Assembly (NCBI GenBank): GCA_001001045.1
Contig: LCIL01000008.1
Coordinates: 1-38,234, forward strand
Source of the DNA: Candidatus Woesebacteria bacterium GW2011_GWA1_44_23
GTDB taxonomy: Bacteria; Patescibacteriota; Microgenomatia; UBA8517
Direction of reading: 5' to 3'
Length of the DNA: 38,234 nucleotides
Both the position numbers and the translations under genes were made by a program. How positions within the stretch are numbered: position 1 is the stretch's first letter; each line of letters starts with the position of its first letter. The notes below the pieces were generated by a model. That model was not told the DNA's origin and made no database searches. It saw nothing but the letters and a program-made list of their open reading frames with translations. Shown here in pieces: positions 27,367-36,437 of the stretch.

Positions 27367-27828
27367 TTATAGTATTCCCGAGATAACGCCCGCGTGGTTT
27401 TCTTCTCCTGCCGAATACAAAAATCTTTCTCCGGCTGATTTGCCCGAAATTGCACTACCCAGCGGGGAGTCGGGCGAAATAAAATTAATTCCTGAGATAT
27501 AGGCGGAGTTTTTTACAAAATAGAACTCCGAAATTCTTCCGTCGTCAAATGTTACGGAAGTAAAGCAAACGGGGGACACGGTTTCTGGCACGGCGCCTAT
27601 CCGGGATTCTTCAATTTCCGCTTTAAGTTTTTTGAGCTGTTCAAGCTTTTGATAACTTAAAAGTGCCGTATTACCGGCATGTTCCGCATCTCCAGCGGCG
27701 GAATAGGAAGTGGCTAACCCATGGCTTGCTTCGTTTGCAGTCTTTCTTGTATGCAAAGCGGAAACTTCGGCTTTCCCGAGTTCTTCCTTTAGCCTTGCTG
27801 CCAGATTCTCAAGTTTTTGTCTTTTCAT
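27367..27828 (-). CDS. GreA/GreB family protein (divergent)
   Basis: N-terminal coiled coil and C-terminal ISPDSPLGSAI.GK..GE. Confidence 0.75.
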   Translation of the reverse strand: MKRQKLENLAARLKEELGKAEVSALHTRKTANEASHGLATSYSAAGDAEHAGNTALLSYQKLEQLKKLKAEIEESRIGAVPETVSPVCFTSVTFDDGRISEFYFVKNSAYISGINFISPDSPLGSAISGKSAGERFLYSAGEENHAGVISGIL

Positions 27829-27873
27829 TAAGCAATTGTACCACCGGTGCAATGTCTGCTATATTATTTAAAT

Positions 27874-28938
27874 ATGCCAAATGTGCTTCAAGGAAAAAAG
27901 TTGGGTTTTATTTATAACGTCAGACATAAGTATCCCGATCCCAAAGACCCCGAAACTTTCAATGAGACGGATTTTGACGACCCTGTCACGATTGAATCTA
28001 TAGTGACGCACCTTACAAACATAGGCTTTGATGTTTTGGCTATCGAATCCGACACCCGGGCGGAGGAAATTTTGATTAGGGAAAAGGAGAATATCGGTTT
28101 TATCCTGAATTATTCGGAGGAGGTTTTCGGCTCAAACCCTAAAATTTATATGGCCGAGGTTTTGGAAAAAATAGGCCTTCCTTTTTCCGGTTGTTCCAAT
28201 GAAGTTCAAAATATAGTCATAAATAAGGGCAAGATGAAGGAGGTTTTGCTTTCCAAAAACGTTCCCACTTTACGTTTTCAGGTTATGAAAAGTGAGGGTG
28301 AAAGATTGGATCCCGAACTCCGCTTCCCCGTCATCGTAAAACCCATCGCCAGGGGGTCTTCCGCGGGAATAACGAATAAAAGCGTTGTCCACAGGGACAA
28401 AGAATTGCACGAACAGGTTAAATTTATTCTTGATACTTTTAAAGAGCCTGCATTAATTGAACCTTTCATAGAAGGCAGAGAGTTTTCCGTAGGAATGTTG
28501 GGAAATCCTCCCGAAGTTTTTCCTATAATCGAACCCAAACACGAAAGCCTTCCCAAAGATTATTACCACATTGATTCGCTGGAGGTTAAATGGCTCTTGG
28601 AAGAGGAGTTGGGGGAAAACTATTTTAATTGTCCCGCCAAGGTGGAACCCAAGCTTAAAGACCGCATAGAAAAGGTTTGTCTTTCCGCATGGGAGGCTCT
28701 TGATATTACCGACTTTTGCAGGATTGATCTCAGGGCAGACTCTGTGGGAGATATATACGTTCTTGATATCAATACACCCCCCGGCTTAATTCCTCCGGAA
28801 ATATCAATGACTTCATATTTTCCGATGGCCGCAAGAGTCATGGGTGATGACTATGAAACACTACTACGTAAAATTATTTCTGAAGGACTCAAAAGATATA
28901 AGCTGGAAGATTCTATTTCCCCAGGTGCGAGGGGTTAA
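27874..28938 (+). CDS. D-Ala-D-Ala ligase-like ATP-grasp protein
   Basis: GLPFSG, FPVIVKP...GSSAGI, LIEPFIEGREFSVG, RIDLR, LDINTPPGL. Confidence 0.82.
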   Translation: MPNVLQGKKLGFIYNVRHKYPDPKDPETFNETDFDDPVTIESIVTHLTNIGFDVLAIESDTRAEEILIREKENIGFILNYSEEVFGSNPKIYMAEVLEKIGLPFSGCSNEVQNIVINKGKMKEVLLSKNVPTLRFQVMKSEGERLDPELRFPVIVKPIARGSSAGITNKSVVHRDKELHEQVKFILDTFKEPALIEPFIEGREFSVGMLGNPPEVFPIIEPKHESLPKDYYHIDSLEVKWLLEEELGENYFNCPAKVEPKLKDRIEKVCLSAWEALDITDFCRIDLRADSVGDIYVLDINTPPGLIPPEISMTSYFPMAARVMGDDYETLLRKIISEGLKRYKLEDSISPGARG

Positions 28939-29416
28939 AGTTGTAGGGGAATATGGCCTTTAGCGAAGTTATTCTTACGACTTCCCCTTCGGTATCGGCA
29001 ACAATAATGAGGCAATTGTCCGTATGCTCCACTATCCTTTGCAAACATTCTCCGCAAGGACCGGAGTTTCCCTTCGCGCAAACCGCAACTGCCCTTATGA
29101 ATTTTCTGTTGGGTATTGAGGCTCCTTCGCTGTTGGCGGCTGCGATTGCCGATCCTTCCGCGTGATTTGTAGGAGAGTAGGCAACCGATTCCGAGTTGCA
29201 TCCTCCGAAGATTTGTCCGTCGGTTGTTAAGAGAGACGCTCCGACATTGTAATGCGAGTAAGGGGTATAGGCACGTCGCCTGTAACTAACGGAGCAGGAA
29301 ACAAGGGCATCGATGACATCTTTTCCCAACTCTTTGACTTCGGATTTAATAAATTTATACTCGGCCAGTAAGTCCGCTTCCGAAGGCGTCCAAATTCTAT
29401 CCGAATAACGTTCCAT
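28913..29416 (-). CDS. cdd: Cytidine deaminase
   Basis: AYTPYS.YNVGA, G.NSE, HAE, PCGEC.Q. Confidence 0.88.
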   Translation of the reverse strand: MERYSDRIWTPSEADLLAEYKFIKSEVKELGKDVIDALVSCSVSYRRRAYTPYSHYNVGASLLTTDGQIFGGCNSESVAYSPTNHAEGSAIAAANSEGASIPNRKFIRAVAVCAKGNSGPCGECLQRIVEHTDNCLIIVADTEGEVVRITSLKAIFPYNFNPSHLGK

Positions 29417-29515
29417 ATATCAGACGTTATACAGCAATTAGCGTAAAAGTCAAAAAGATAGCTTTCTTCCGTGCATGATTTGGCAGGTAATTTGGAGAGG
29501 GTTCAAAAAAGTTTT

Positions 29516-30286
29516 CTATTTTACAAAAATCCAAAAAAGAATTGATAGGGCAATCCTGTAGATTCCGAACGAAGTAAAATCATGTTTTTTAACATAGTTC
29601 ACCAGGAATTTAACCGCGGCAACGGCAAAGAAAAAGGAAAGAACAGATCCGATAAAAAGCGTTAAGACCCCGCCTTGAGTTATCATGTCCCGGGATTTAT
29701 ATATATCAAAAACTGTTGCCGCAAACATGGTTGGCACTGCCAAAATGAATGAAAATTCTACTGCAGCTTCGCGTTTCAAACCCGTCAAAAGCCCGCCCAC
29801 AATTGTTGCTGCGGCCCTTGAAACGCCGGGAATAACCGAAATCGACTGAAAAGTACCGATAATAAAAGCTTGTTTATAAGTGATTTCGGAGGATTTTTTA
29901 ACTTCCGACTTCTTTCTTTTTAAAAACCATTCCACTGCGATCAAGGCAACACCTCCCCAAAAAAGGGCATTAAGAGTTATTGAACTGCTTCCGAGAAGTA
30001 CCTCCTTGATAAGAGGATAAAGGGTGGCTCCGACAACGGCGGTGGGGATAAATGCCACAAATATTTTTTTGACAAGATCACGGCTCATCAATAACTTTTT
30101 GAAGTAAAGTACGACTATTGCCAAAATTGCACCGAGCTGGATTACTATCTCAAAAGTTTTAACAAAGTCGGTTTCGGCAATTCCCATTAGTTTCGAGGCT
30201 AAAATAAGATGCCCTGTGGAGGAAATAGGCAGGAATTCCGTTAAGCCCTCAAGAGCGGAAAGGATTAAAACTTGGATAGAGTTCAT
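29516..30286 (-). CDS. uppP: Undecaprenyl-diphosphate phosphatase
   Basis: EGLTEFLPISSTGH, IQLGAILA, PGVSR, F..YRI. Confidence 0.95.
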   Translation of the reverse strand: MNSIQVLILSALEGLTEFLPISSTGHLILASKLMGIAETDFVKTFEIVIQLGAILAIVVLYFKKLLMSRDLVKKIFVAFIPTAVVGATLYPLIKEVLLGSSSITLNALFWGGVALIAVEWFLKRKKSEVKKSSEITYKQAFIIGTFQSISVIPGVSRAAATIVGGLLTGLKREAAVEFSFILAVPTMFAATVFDIYKSRDMITQGGVLTLFIGSVLSFFFAVAAVKFLVNYVKKHDFTSFGIYRIALSILFWIFVK

Positions 30287-30335
30287 CGATTCAGTATATT
30301 CGTGTTATAATTTGTGGTCAAATACTAGTGTATAA

Positions 30336-30406
30336 GGGCCTGTAGTATACTGGTAGCACGCGCCCATGGCATGGGTGAAAAGCGGGTTCGATTCCCGCCA
30401 GGTCCA
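30336..30406 (+). tRNA. tRNA-Ala(GGC)
   Basis: GGGCCTG/CAGGTCC acceptor with G3:U70, anticodon loop ATGGCAT (A32-U38), GGTTCGATTCC. Confidence 0.92.
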
Positions 30407-30452
30407 CCCAAAGGATTGCTAATTAGCTTCATTTGGCGTAAAATATCCTATA

Positions 30453-32267
30453 ATGGAAATCAGGAATATTGCTATTATTGCTCATGTTGATCACGGAAAA
30501 ACAACTCTCGTGGACGCTCTTTTGCGCCAGTCTAATACGGTAATGAAGAAAGAGATTGCCGATCAGGGAACTATTATGGACAGCAACGAACTTGAAAGGG
30601 AAAGGGGAATTACAATTTTTTCCAAAAATGCATCGGTTGAATATAAAGGCGTCAAAATAAATATTATCGATACTCCGGGTCACGCGGACTTTGGGGGAGA
30701 AGTGGAGAGGGTTTTATCCATGGCCGACGGAGCACTTCTTTTGGTTGATGCCAAGGAAGGGCCCATGCCTCAGACAAGATTTGTTTTGAGGGAAGCTCTT
30801 AAGCTGGGTTTGAAGATCATTGTCATTGTAAATAAAATCGATAAAAAGGGAGCCAGACCCGAGTATGTGCAGGGGAAGACTTTTGATCTTTTTTGCGAAC
30901 TCGGAGCAGACGAGGAAACCGCTCTTTTTCCCACGGTTTATGCAAGCGGGCGCGACGGCAGGGCTGGGCTTACTCCTGACCTGGACAAAATGACCGATAT
31001 TTCGACTATTTTTGACGCGATTTTGAAATATATTCCGGAGCCTGATGCCAATTTGGATAAACCCCTTCAGATGCTTGTCAGCAATATCGGCTACGACAAT
31101 TACAAAGGAAGGATCGCCATTGGTAAGATCCACTCCGGCTCCATCAAAAACGGCCAGGAAATTGCCCACATTGACAGAGACGGAGTCATAACAAAGTATA
31201 AAATAACTTCCCTTTCAACCTTTAAAGGCCTCGGAAAACTTGAGGAGGAGGAAGCTGTCGCCGGGGATATTGTGGCGGTAACGGGAGTGCCTGATGTAAA
31301 TATCGGGGAAACTTTCGCCGATCCCGTTACACCGGTAGCACTGCCCCTGATCGATATTGAAGAACCCACCGTAAAAATGGTTTTTATGGTTAATAATTCT
31401 CCTTTTGGGGGGAAAGAGGGGGAGTTTAAAACATCAAGCCAGATTAAGGCCAGACTTTATAAAGAGCTTGAAACCGATGTGGCCCTAAAAGTGGAGGATA
31501 ACGCAGACGGAACATGGACGGTATTCGGAAGAGGGGAACTGCATTTGGCGATATTTATAGAACGTATGAGGCGCGAGGGATATGAGTTCCAGGTTTCCAG
31601 GCCTCACGTTGTCAATAAAGTAGTCGACGGGAAAAAACTGACTCCGTACGAGAAGGTCTATATCGAGGTTCCCGAGACGTATTCGGGAGTGGTTATCCAA
31701 AAAATGGGTATGAGACATGCCACCATGGACAATCTGGAAACCACCGAGGGCCTTACTTATTTGGAATTTACGATTGCCACAAAGGAACTCATTGGTTTTA
31801 GAAGCGAATTTATAACGGATACGAAAGGACTTGGCATAATGAATGCTGCATTTTTCGAATTCCTTCCCGATGACGGATTTACCCGGGAGAGGGAAAGGGG
31901 AAGCCTTGTTGCTTACGAGACCGGGGAAACCAGACTTTACGGAATGACCCAGGTTCAGGATCAGGGGGAACTTTTCATCGGTCCGGCCGTAAAAGTATAT
32001 AAAGGGCAAGTTGTGGGCCAACATAGCAGAACCGGAGATCTTCGTATTAACGTCTGCAAAGAGAAAAAATTAAGCAATATGAGAAGTAAAGGGGAAGGAA
32101 CCATGGAACATTTTAATACTCCCAGGGAGATGGGGCTTGAAGACGCTCTTGAATATATAGATGATACCGAGTTTGTCGAGGTAACTCCAAAATCAATCCG
32201 CATCCGAAAAGTCATACTGGATGAGGTCGAGGCACGTAAACAGGCAAAACTTCTGAAAAACAGATAA
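30453..32267 (+). CDS. typA: Translational GTPase TypA/BipA
   Basis: IAHVDHGKTT, ERGITI, DTPGHADFGGEVER, GRGELHL, EVTPKSIRIRK. Confidence 0.97.
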   Translation: MEIRNIAIIAHVDHGKTTLVDALLRQSNTVMKKEIADQGTIMDSNELERERGITIFSKNASVEYKGVKINIIDTPGHADFGGEVERVLSMADGALLLVDAKEGPMPQTRFVLREALKLGLKIIVIVNKIDKKGARPEYVQGKTFDLFCELGADEETALFPTVYASGRDGRAGLTPDLDKMTDISTIFDAILKYIPEPDANLDKPLQMLVSNIGYDNYKGRIAIGKIHSGSIKNGQEIAHIDRDGVITKYKITSLSTFKGLGKLEEEEAVAGDIVAVTGVPDVNIGETFADPVTPVALPLIDIEEPTVKMVFMVNNSPFGGKEGEFKTSSQIKARLYKELETDVALKVEDNADGTWTVFGRGELHLAIFIERMRREGYEFQVSRPHVVNKVVDGKKLTPYEKVYIEVPETYSGVVIQKMGMRHATMDNLETTEGLTYLEFTIATKELIGFRSEFITDTKGLGIMNAAFFEFLPDDGFTRERERGSLVAYETGETRLYGMTQVQDQGELFIGPAVKVYKGQVVGQHSRTGDLRINVCKEKKLSNMRSKGEGTMEHFNTPREMGLEDALEYIDDTEFVEVTPKSIRIRKVILDEVEARKQAKLLKNR

Positions 32268-32278
32268 CCCTTCAAAAT

Positions 32279-32307
32279 TTGACATTTGTTCATTATTGTT
32301 ATAGGAT
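32279..32307 (+). promoter_or_regulatory. Sigma70 promoter for the small ORF at 32351
   Basis: TTGACA-17 bp-TAGGAT. Confidence 0.6.
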
Positions 32308-32350
32308 AGTTTAGTTGAAATATAGCTTTTTCATCTAAGGAGGTGAAATA

Positions 32351-32500
32351 ATGAACGCCAATATAGTTATTGGTTTATTGGTGATTCTTACAGTATCTGT
32401 CTCGGTTTCGATGTTTTGTATTTTCTTAAGATTGACAGATATAGAGGTCGATTTAGCAAATATCGCCTCAGAACTTAAAATCGCCAACAATAAAAAATAA
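32351..32500 (+). CDS. Small single-TM protein (49 aa)
   Basis: Not in the ORF track. MNANIVIGLLVILTVSVSVSMFCIFLRLTDIEVDLANIASELKIANNKK*, with RBS AAGGAGGTGA at 32337-32346. Confidence 0.65.
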   Translation: MNANIVIGLLVILTVSVSVSMFCIFLRLTDIEVDLANIASELKIANNKK

Positions 32501-32508
32501 TTTCAACC

Positions 32509-32554
32509 GGGAGGTGAGATCCAAAAAATCTAAGCTAATAAAATCTCACCTCCC
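32509..32554. repeat. 12-bp perfect inverted repeat containing SD/anti-SD sequence
   Basis: GGGAGGTGAGAT (32509-32520) and ATCTCACCTCCC (32543-32554). Confidence 0.8.
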
Positions 32555-32598
32555 AAGTAATTCTTCTAGATAAATACCATTTGCTATATAATCAAATC

Positions 32599-34333
32599 GT
32601 GGAACCTTTAAGACATTCAACTGCACATCTTTTGGCAGCGGCCGTGACGGAACTTTGGCCAAATGCCAAACCGACGCTTGGCCCTGCTATTGCCGACGGC
32701 TTCTATTACGATTTTGACTTTGGAAATGCAAAAATTTCCGAGGAGGATTTTCCAAAAATTGAAGAGAGAATGCACACGATCATAAAGACCTGGAAAGGTT
32801 TTGAAAAAAATGTTTTAACCAAAGAGGAAGCCTTAAAAGAATTTGCCGATAACCCTTACAAAAAAGAATTAATCGAAGAGCATTCAAAAGATAGCGACGG
32901 ACTAACCGTTTACCAGTCGGGGGGCTTTCGCGATCTTTGCCGGGGCGGGCATTCTACTGATCCAAAAGAAATTAAATATTTCAAACTTCTCTCGGTAGCC
33001 GGAGCTTACTGGAGGGGAGACGAGAAGCAGAAAATGCTGACCAGAATTTACGGCACCGTCTTCCCCACGCAAAAAGAGTTGGATGAATACCTTACCCTCC
33101 AGGAAGAAGCCAAAAAGAGAGACCACAGGAAATTAGGACGGGAGCTGGATCTTTTTACCTTTTCCGAACTGGTCGGAGCCGGCCTTCCTCTATACACGCC
33201 AAAAGGAGCTCTTTTAAGAAGGCTTGTTAACGATTACGTTGAATCGGTCCAGGCTGCCCAGGGCTACACGCAGGTCTGGACTCCTCAAATTGCAAAGGCG
33301 GAACTGTTTAAAACATCTGGGCACTACGACAAATACAAAGATTCAATGTTTAAAGTTACCTCCAACTATTCCGAGGAAGAATATTTCCTTAAACCTATGA
33401 ATTGCCCTCAGCATACTCAAATTTATGCAAGTAAAGCCAGGAGTTACCGGGATTTGCCGATCCGTTTAACCGATTTTGCCATGCTTTATAGGGACGAAAA
33501 ACCGGGTGAGCTTTCGGGGTTGGCTAGGGTCAGGGCATTTTCTCAGGACGATTGTCATGTTTTCTGCAGGGAAGACCAGGTTGATCTTGAAGTTGATATG
33601 GCCCTCGCCATGACCAAGGAAATTATGAAAACTTTCGGCCTTTCTTATAAATACAGGCTTTCCACCCATGACCCCGAGCACCCCGAAAAGTATATCGGGG
33701 ATCCCAAAGTCTGGGAGAAAACAGAAGAATGGGCGGAGAAGATAATGAAGCGCAATAAAATTGAGTACATCGACGGGCCCGGGGAAGCAGCCTTCTATGC
33801 ACCCAAAATGGATCTTATCGCCAAGGATTCCCTGGGACGGGAGTGGCAGCTTTCTACTATACAGATTGATTTCTTCCTGCCTGAAAGATTTGATTTGGAG
33901 TATGTCGACTCCGACGGGGCAAAGAAGCGTCCCGTTATGATTCATAGGGCAATAGTGGGCTCACCCGAAAGATTTTTGATGGTTCTTATCGAACATTTTG
34001 CCGGGAATTTCCCGACCTGGCTTGCCCCGGTCCAGGTCAAAATGCTTCCCATTACCGAAAGAAAGAAATCTTGAATACGCGGTAAGGGTTGCAAAAATCC
34101 TCAAAGACAACGGAATCAGGGTTGAGGTGGACGACAGAAGTGAGAGGCTTCAGGCAAAAATAAGGGATGCGCAGTTGGAGAAAGCGGCTTACATGCTTAT
34201 CGTGGGAGACAAGGAAGAAAAAGAGGAGTCTGTTTCCAAACGCGGACGGTCCGGAAAAGATTACGGCCCCCAGCCTCTTGAGAAGTTTGTTGAAGACATC
34301 AAAAAAGAGATTGAAGAAAAAATTATTAGCTGA
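32599..34333 (+). CDS. thrS: Threonine--tRNA ligase, frameshifted near 34060
   Basis: RHSTAH, DLCRGGH, AGAYWRGD, KPMNCP, MIHRA..GS.ERF. The anticodon-binding domain continues in another frame after an extra GAAA. Confidence 0.95.
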
Positions 34334-34355
34334 TATAATTCACACTTAGATCAAG

Positions 34356-34913
34356 TTGGGAAAAACAAACACCTTTTGGCGGACAGATTACCAGATCAGA
34401 GCTTCCTCATTGCGGGTTATCGGAGCAGACGGAAAACTGATTGGGGTTTTGTCCAAAAACGATGCAATTGAAAAGGCGAAAAAGCTGGATTTAACCTTAG
34501 TGGAAATTGCGCCCAATGCTGTTCCGCCCGTTGCCAAGATTGTCGATTTCGGCAAATTTAAATATGCGGAGGAAAAAAAGCTAAGGGCCCAGGCCAAGAA
34601 TGTCAAGGGCGGGGAAGTAAAGGAAATAAGGTTCAGTCCTTTTATAGCCGACAACGATTTCAAAGTAAGGGTTGAAAGGATAAAAGAGTTTTTTGCGGAT
34701 AAAAACAAGGTCAGGGTGGTTGTGGTTTTCACCGGACCCCAGATGAGGGTTAAACAAACGGGGTACAAGGTAATTCAAAGAATCCTTGTGGAATTCGGCG
34801 ACACCGCGGCAATAGACATGGAACCGAAGTTTCTGGGAAAGCACTTAATAACCGTAATTTCGCCTATTTCCAAAAAATCTGCTAAAATACAGGCTGTTGC
34901 AAAAAAAGAATAA
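34356..34913 (+). CDS. infC: Translation initiation factor IF-3
   Basis: LVEIAPNA.PPVAKIVDFGKFKY and KEIRF motifs, between thrS and rpmI. The exact start is uncertain. Confidence 0.93.
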   Translation: MGKTNTFWRTDYQIRASSLRVIGADGKLIGVLSKNDAIEKAKKLDLTLVEIAPNAVPPVAKIVDFGKFKYAEEKKLRAQAKNVKGGEVKEIRFSPFIADNDFKVRVERIKEFFADKNKVRVVVVFTGPQMRVKQTGYKVIQRILVEFGDTAAIDMEPKFLGKHLITVISPISKKSAKIQAVAKKE

Positions 34914-34914
34914 T

Positions 34915-35148
34915 ATGGGAAACAAGATGAAGGGCAGAAAATCTATAGCAAAAAGGCTCAAAATTACCAAAAACGGCAAGATCATGCGTCGTCAAAGCTT
35001 CAGGCGCCATCTGAAAGCAGGCAAGACCAGTAAACGCCTCAGAAACCTGAAAAGAATTAAGGAGCTAACGGGTTACTATGCCAAAAAGATCAGAAAAGCC
35101 ACAGGAACCGGAACGAGGAAAAAGTCGAGAGTAAAAACAAATAAATGA
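34915..35148 (+). CDS. rpmI: 50S ribosomal protein L35
   Basis: KMK.RKS.AKR.KITKNGKI...RH motif and synteny. Confidence 0.9.
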   Translation: MGNKMKGRKSIAKRLKITKNGKIMRRQSFRRHLKAGKTSKRLRNLKRIKELTGYYAKKIRKATGTGTRKKSRVKTNK

Positions 35149-35501
35149 GAGTTAAATCAATTTCGGCAAAACGTCACAGAAAAATATTAAAAAGGGCAAA
35201 AGGTTTTAAGCAAGCCAGGAGCAAGCGTATCCAAGTTGCCAAAGAAGCCCTGGTTCATGCCGGAGCATATGCATATCATGGCAGAAAACTCAAAAAGAGG
35301 GATTTGAGAACTCTCTGGATTTCAAGGATAAATGCCGGAGTGAAAGCGGGTGGAATTTCCTACAGCCGCTTTATAGCGGGACTTAAAAAAGAGAAAATTG
35401 AAATTGACAGGAAAATTTTAAGCGATATTGCCACCTCTGACCCCGAAATTTTCAAAAAAATAGTTAAAGAAGCCGGTTTTAGCTTTACCCAGCCCAAGTA
35501 A
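35145..35501 (+). CDS. rplT: 50S ribosomal protein L20
   Basis: MRVK...AKGF...RK.KKRD.R.LWI.RINA...DRKILS. Confidence 0.96.
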   Translation: MRVKSISAKRHRKILKRAKGFKQARSKRIQVAKEALVHAGAYAYHGRKLKKRDLRTLWISRINAGVKAGGISYSRFIAGLKKEKIEIDRKILSDIATSDPEIFKKIVKEAGFSFTQPK

Positions 35502-35525
35502 GGAGGTAAAGCAGCTTTTATATTT

Positions 35526-35549
35526 GCCTCCTGAAAGGGAGGCTTTTTT
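35526..35549 (+). terminator. Intrinsic terminator after rplT
   Basis: GCCTCCT-GAAA-GGGAGGC-TTTTTT. Confidence 0.75.
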
Positions 35550-35568
35550 CGTTTAGAATAGATACTGT

Positions 35569-36434
35569 ATGCAGGAAGAACTGATTAACTTAAGGAATGA
35601 GGCCATAGCCCAAATTTCGGGTTCCAAAGACAGTGGGGAACTTGAGGAATTAAGGGCGGCTTATCTGGGACGCAACGGAAAATTTACGCTTCTTGTTAAA
35701 AAAATTAAGGATGTGCCGGCGGATCAGCGCAAAACCTTCGGAATTACCCTCAACGAAAGTAAGGTTGCCATTGAAAACCTGATTTCGGACAAAAAGCAGG
35801 CCCTTTTAAAAAGTCTTTCCGAAAAAAGGGATTGGTTTGATTTGACCATGCCCGGGTTTAAGCCTTCTTTGTCGACACAAAAGGAACCGGCCTCAAACCC
35901 CTTGAAACAATTCTCAGAACGCAAACCTCGGCAATGCAAGGAAGGGTAATGAAACTGGGTAAGCCCCCTTTTAGAGTTTTGGTCCCGGGAAGAAACTTCA
36001 GATACGAACAGGTGGATGCCTCCCACGGGTTTGAGTTTTGGCAGGTTGAAGGATTTGTGGTTGATGAAAATATTCATCTGACCGATCTTTTCGGAACAAT
36101 TAAATACGTATTGGGGGAACTTTTTGGGAAAGAGGTAAAGACACGCTTTGCCACGACCAATTTTCCTTTTGTGGAACCCGGGGTTGATACTTATTTAGAG
36201 TGTACCATTTGTAAAGGTAAGGGCTGTTCTTTCTGCAAAGGAACGGGCTGGAGTGAAATAATGCCTGCCGGCATGATCCACCCGAATGTGCTTAAGATGG
36301 CAGGAATAGATACGAAAAAGTGGAACGGGTTTGCTTTTGCAATAGGACTTTCCCGGATTGTAAACCTCCGCTATCAGATAAAGGATTTGAGAACTCTGAC
36401 AACGCCCGATATGAGGATTCTCAGTCAATTTTAG
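35569..36434 (+). CDS. pheS: Phenylalanine--tRNA ligase alpha subunit, with internal deletion and frameshift near 35865
   Basis: N-terminal coiled coil to DLTMPG, then in another frame FFVD...LRTQTSAMQ...EF.QVEG...FPFVEP...GMIHPNVL. The HP...HPARD segment is absent. Confidence 0.9.
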
Positions 36435-36437
36435 ATT

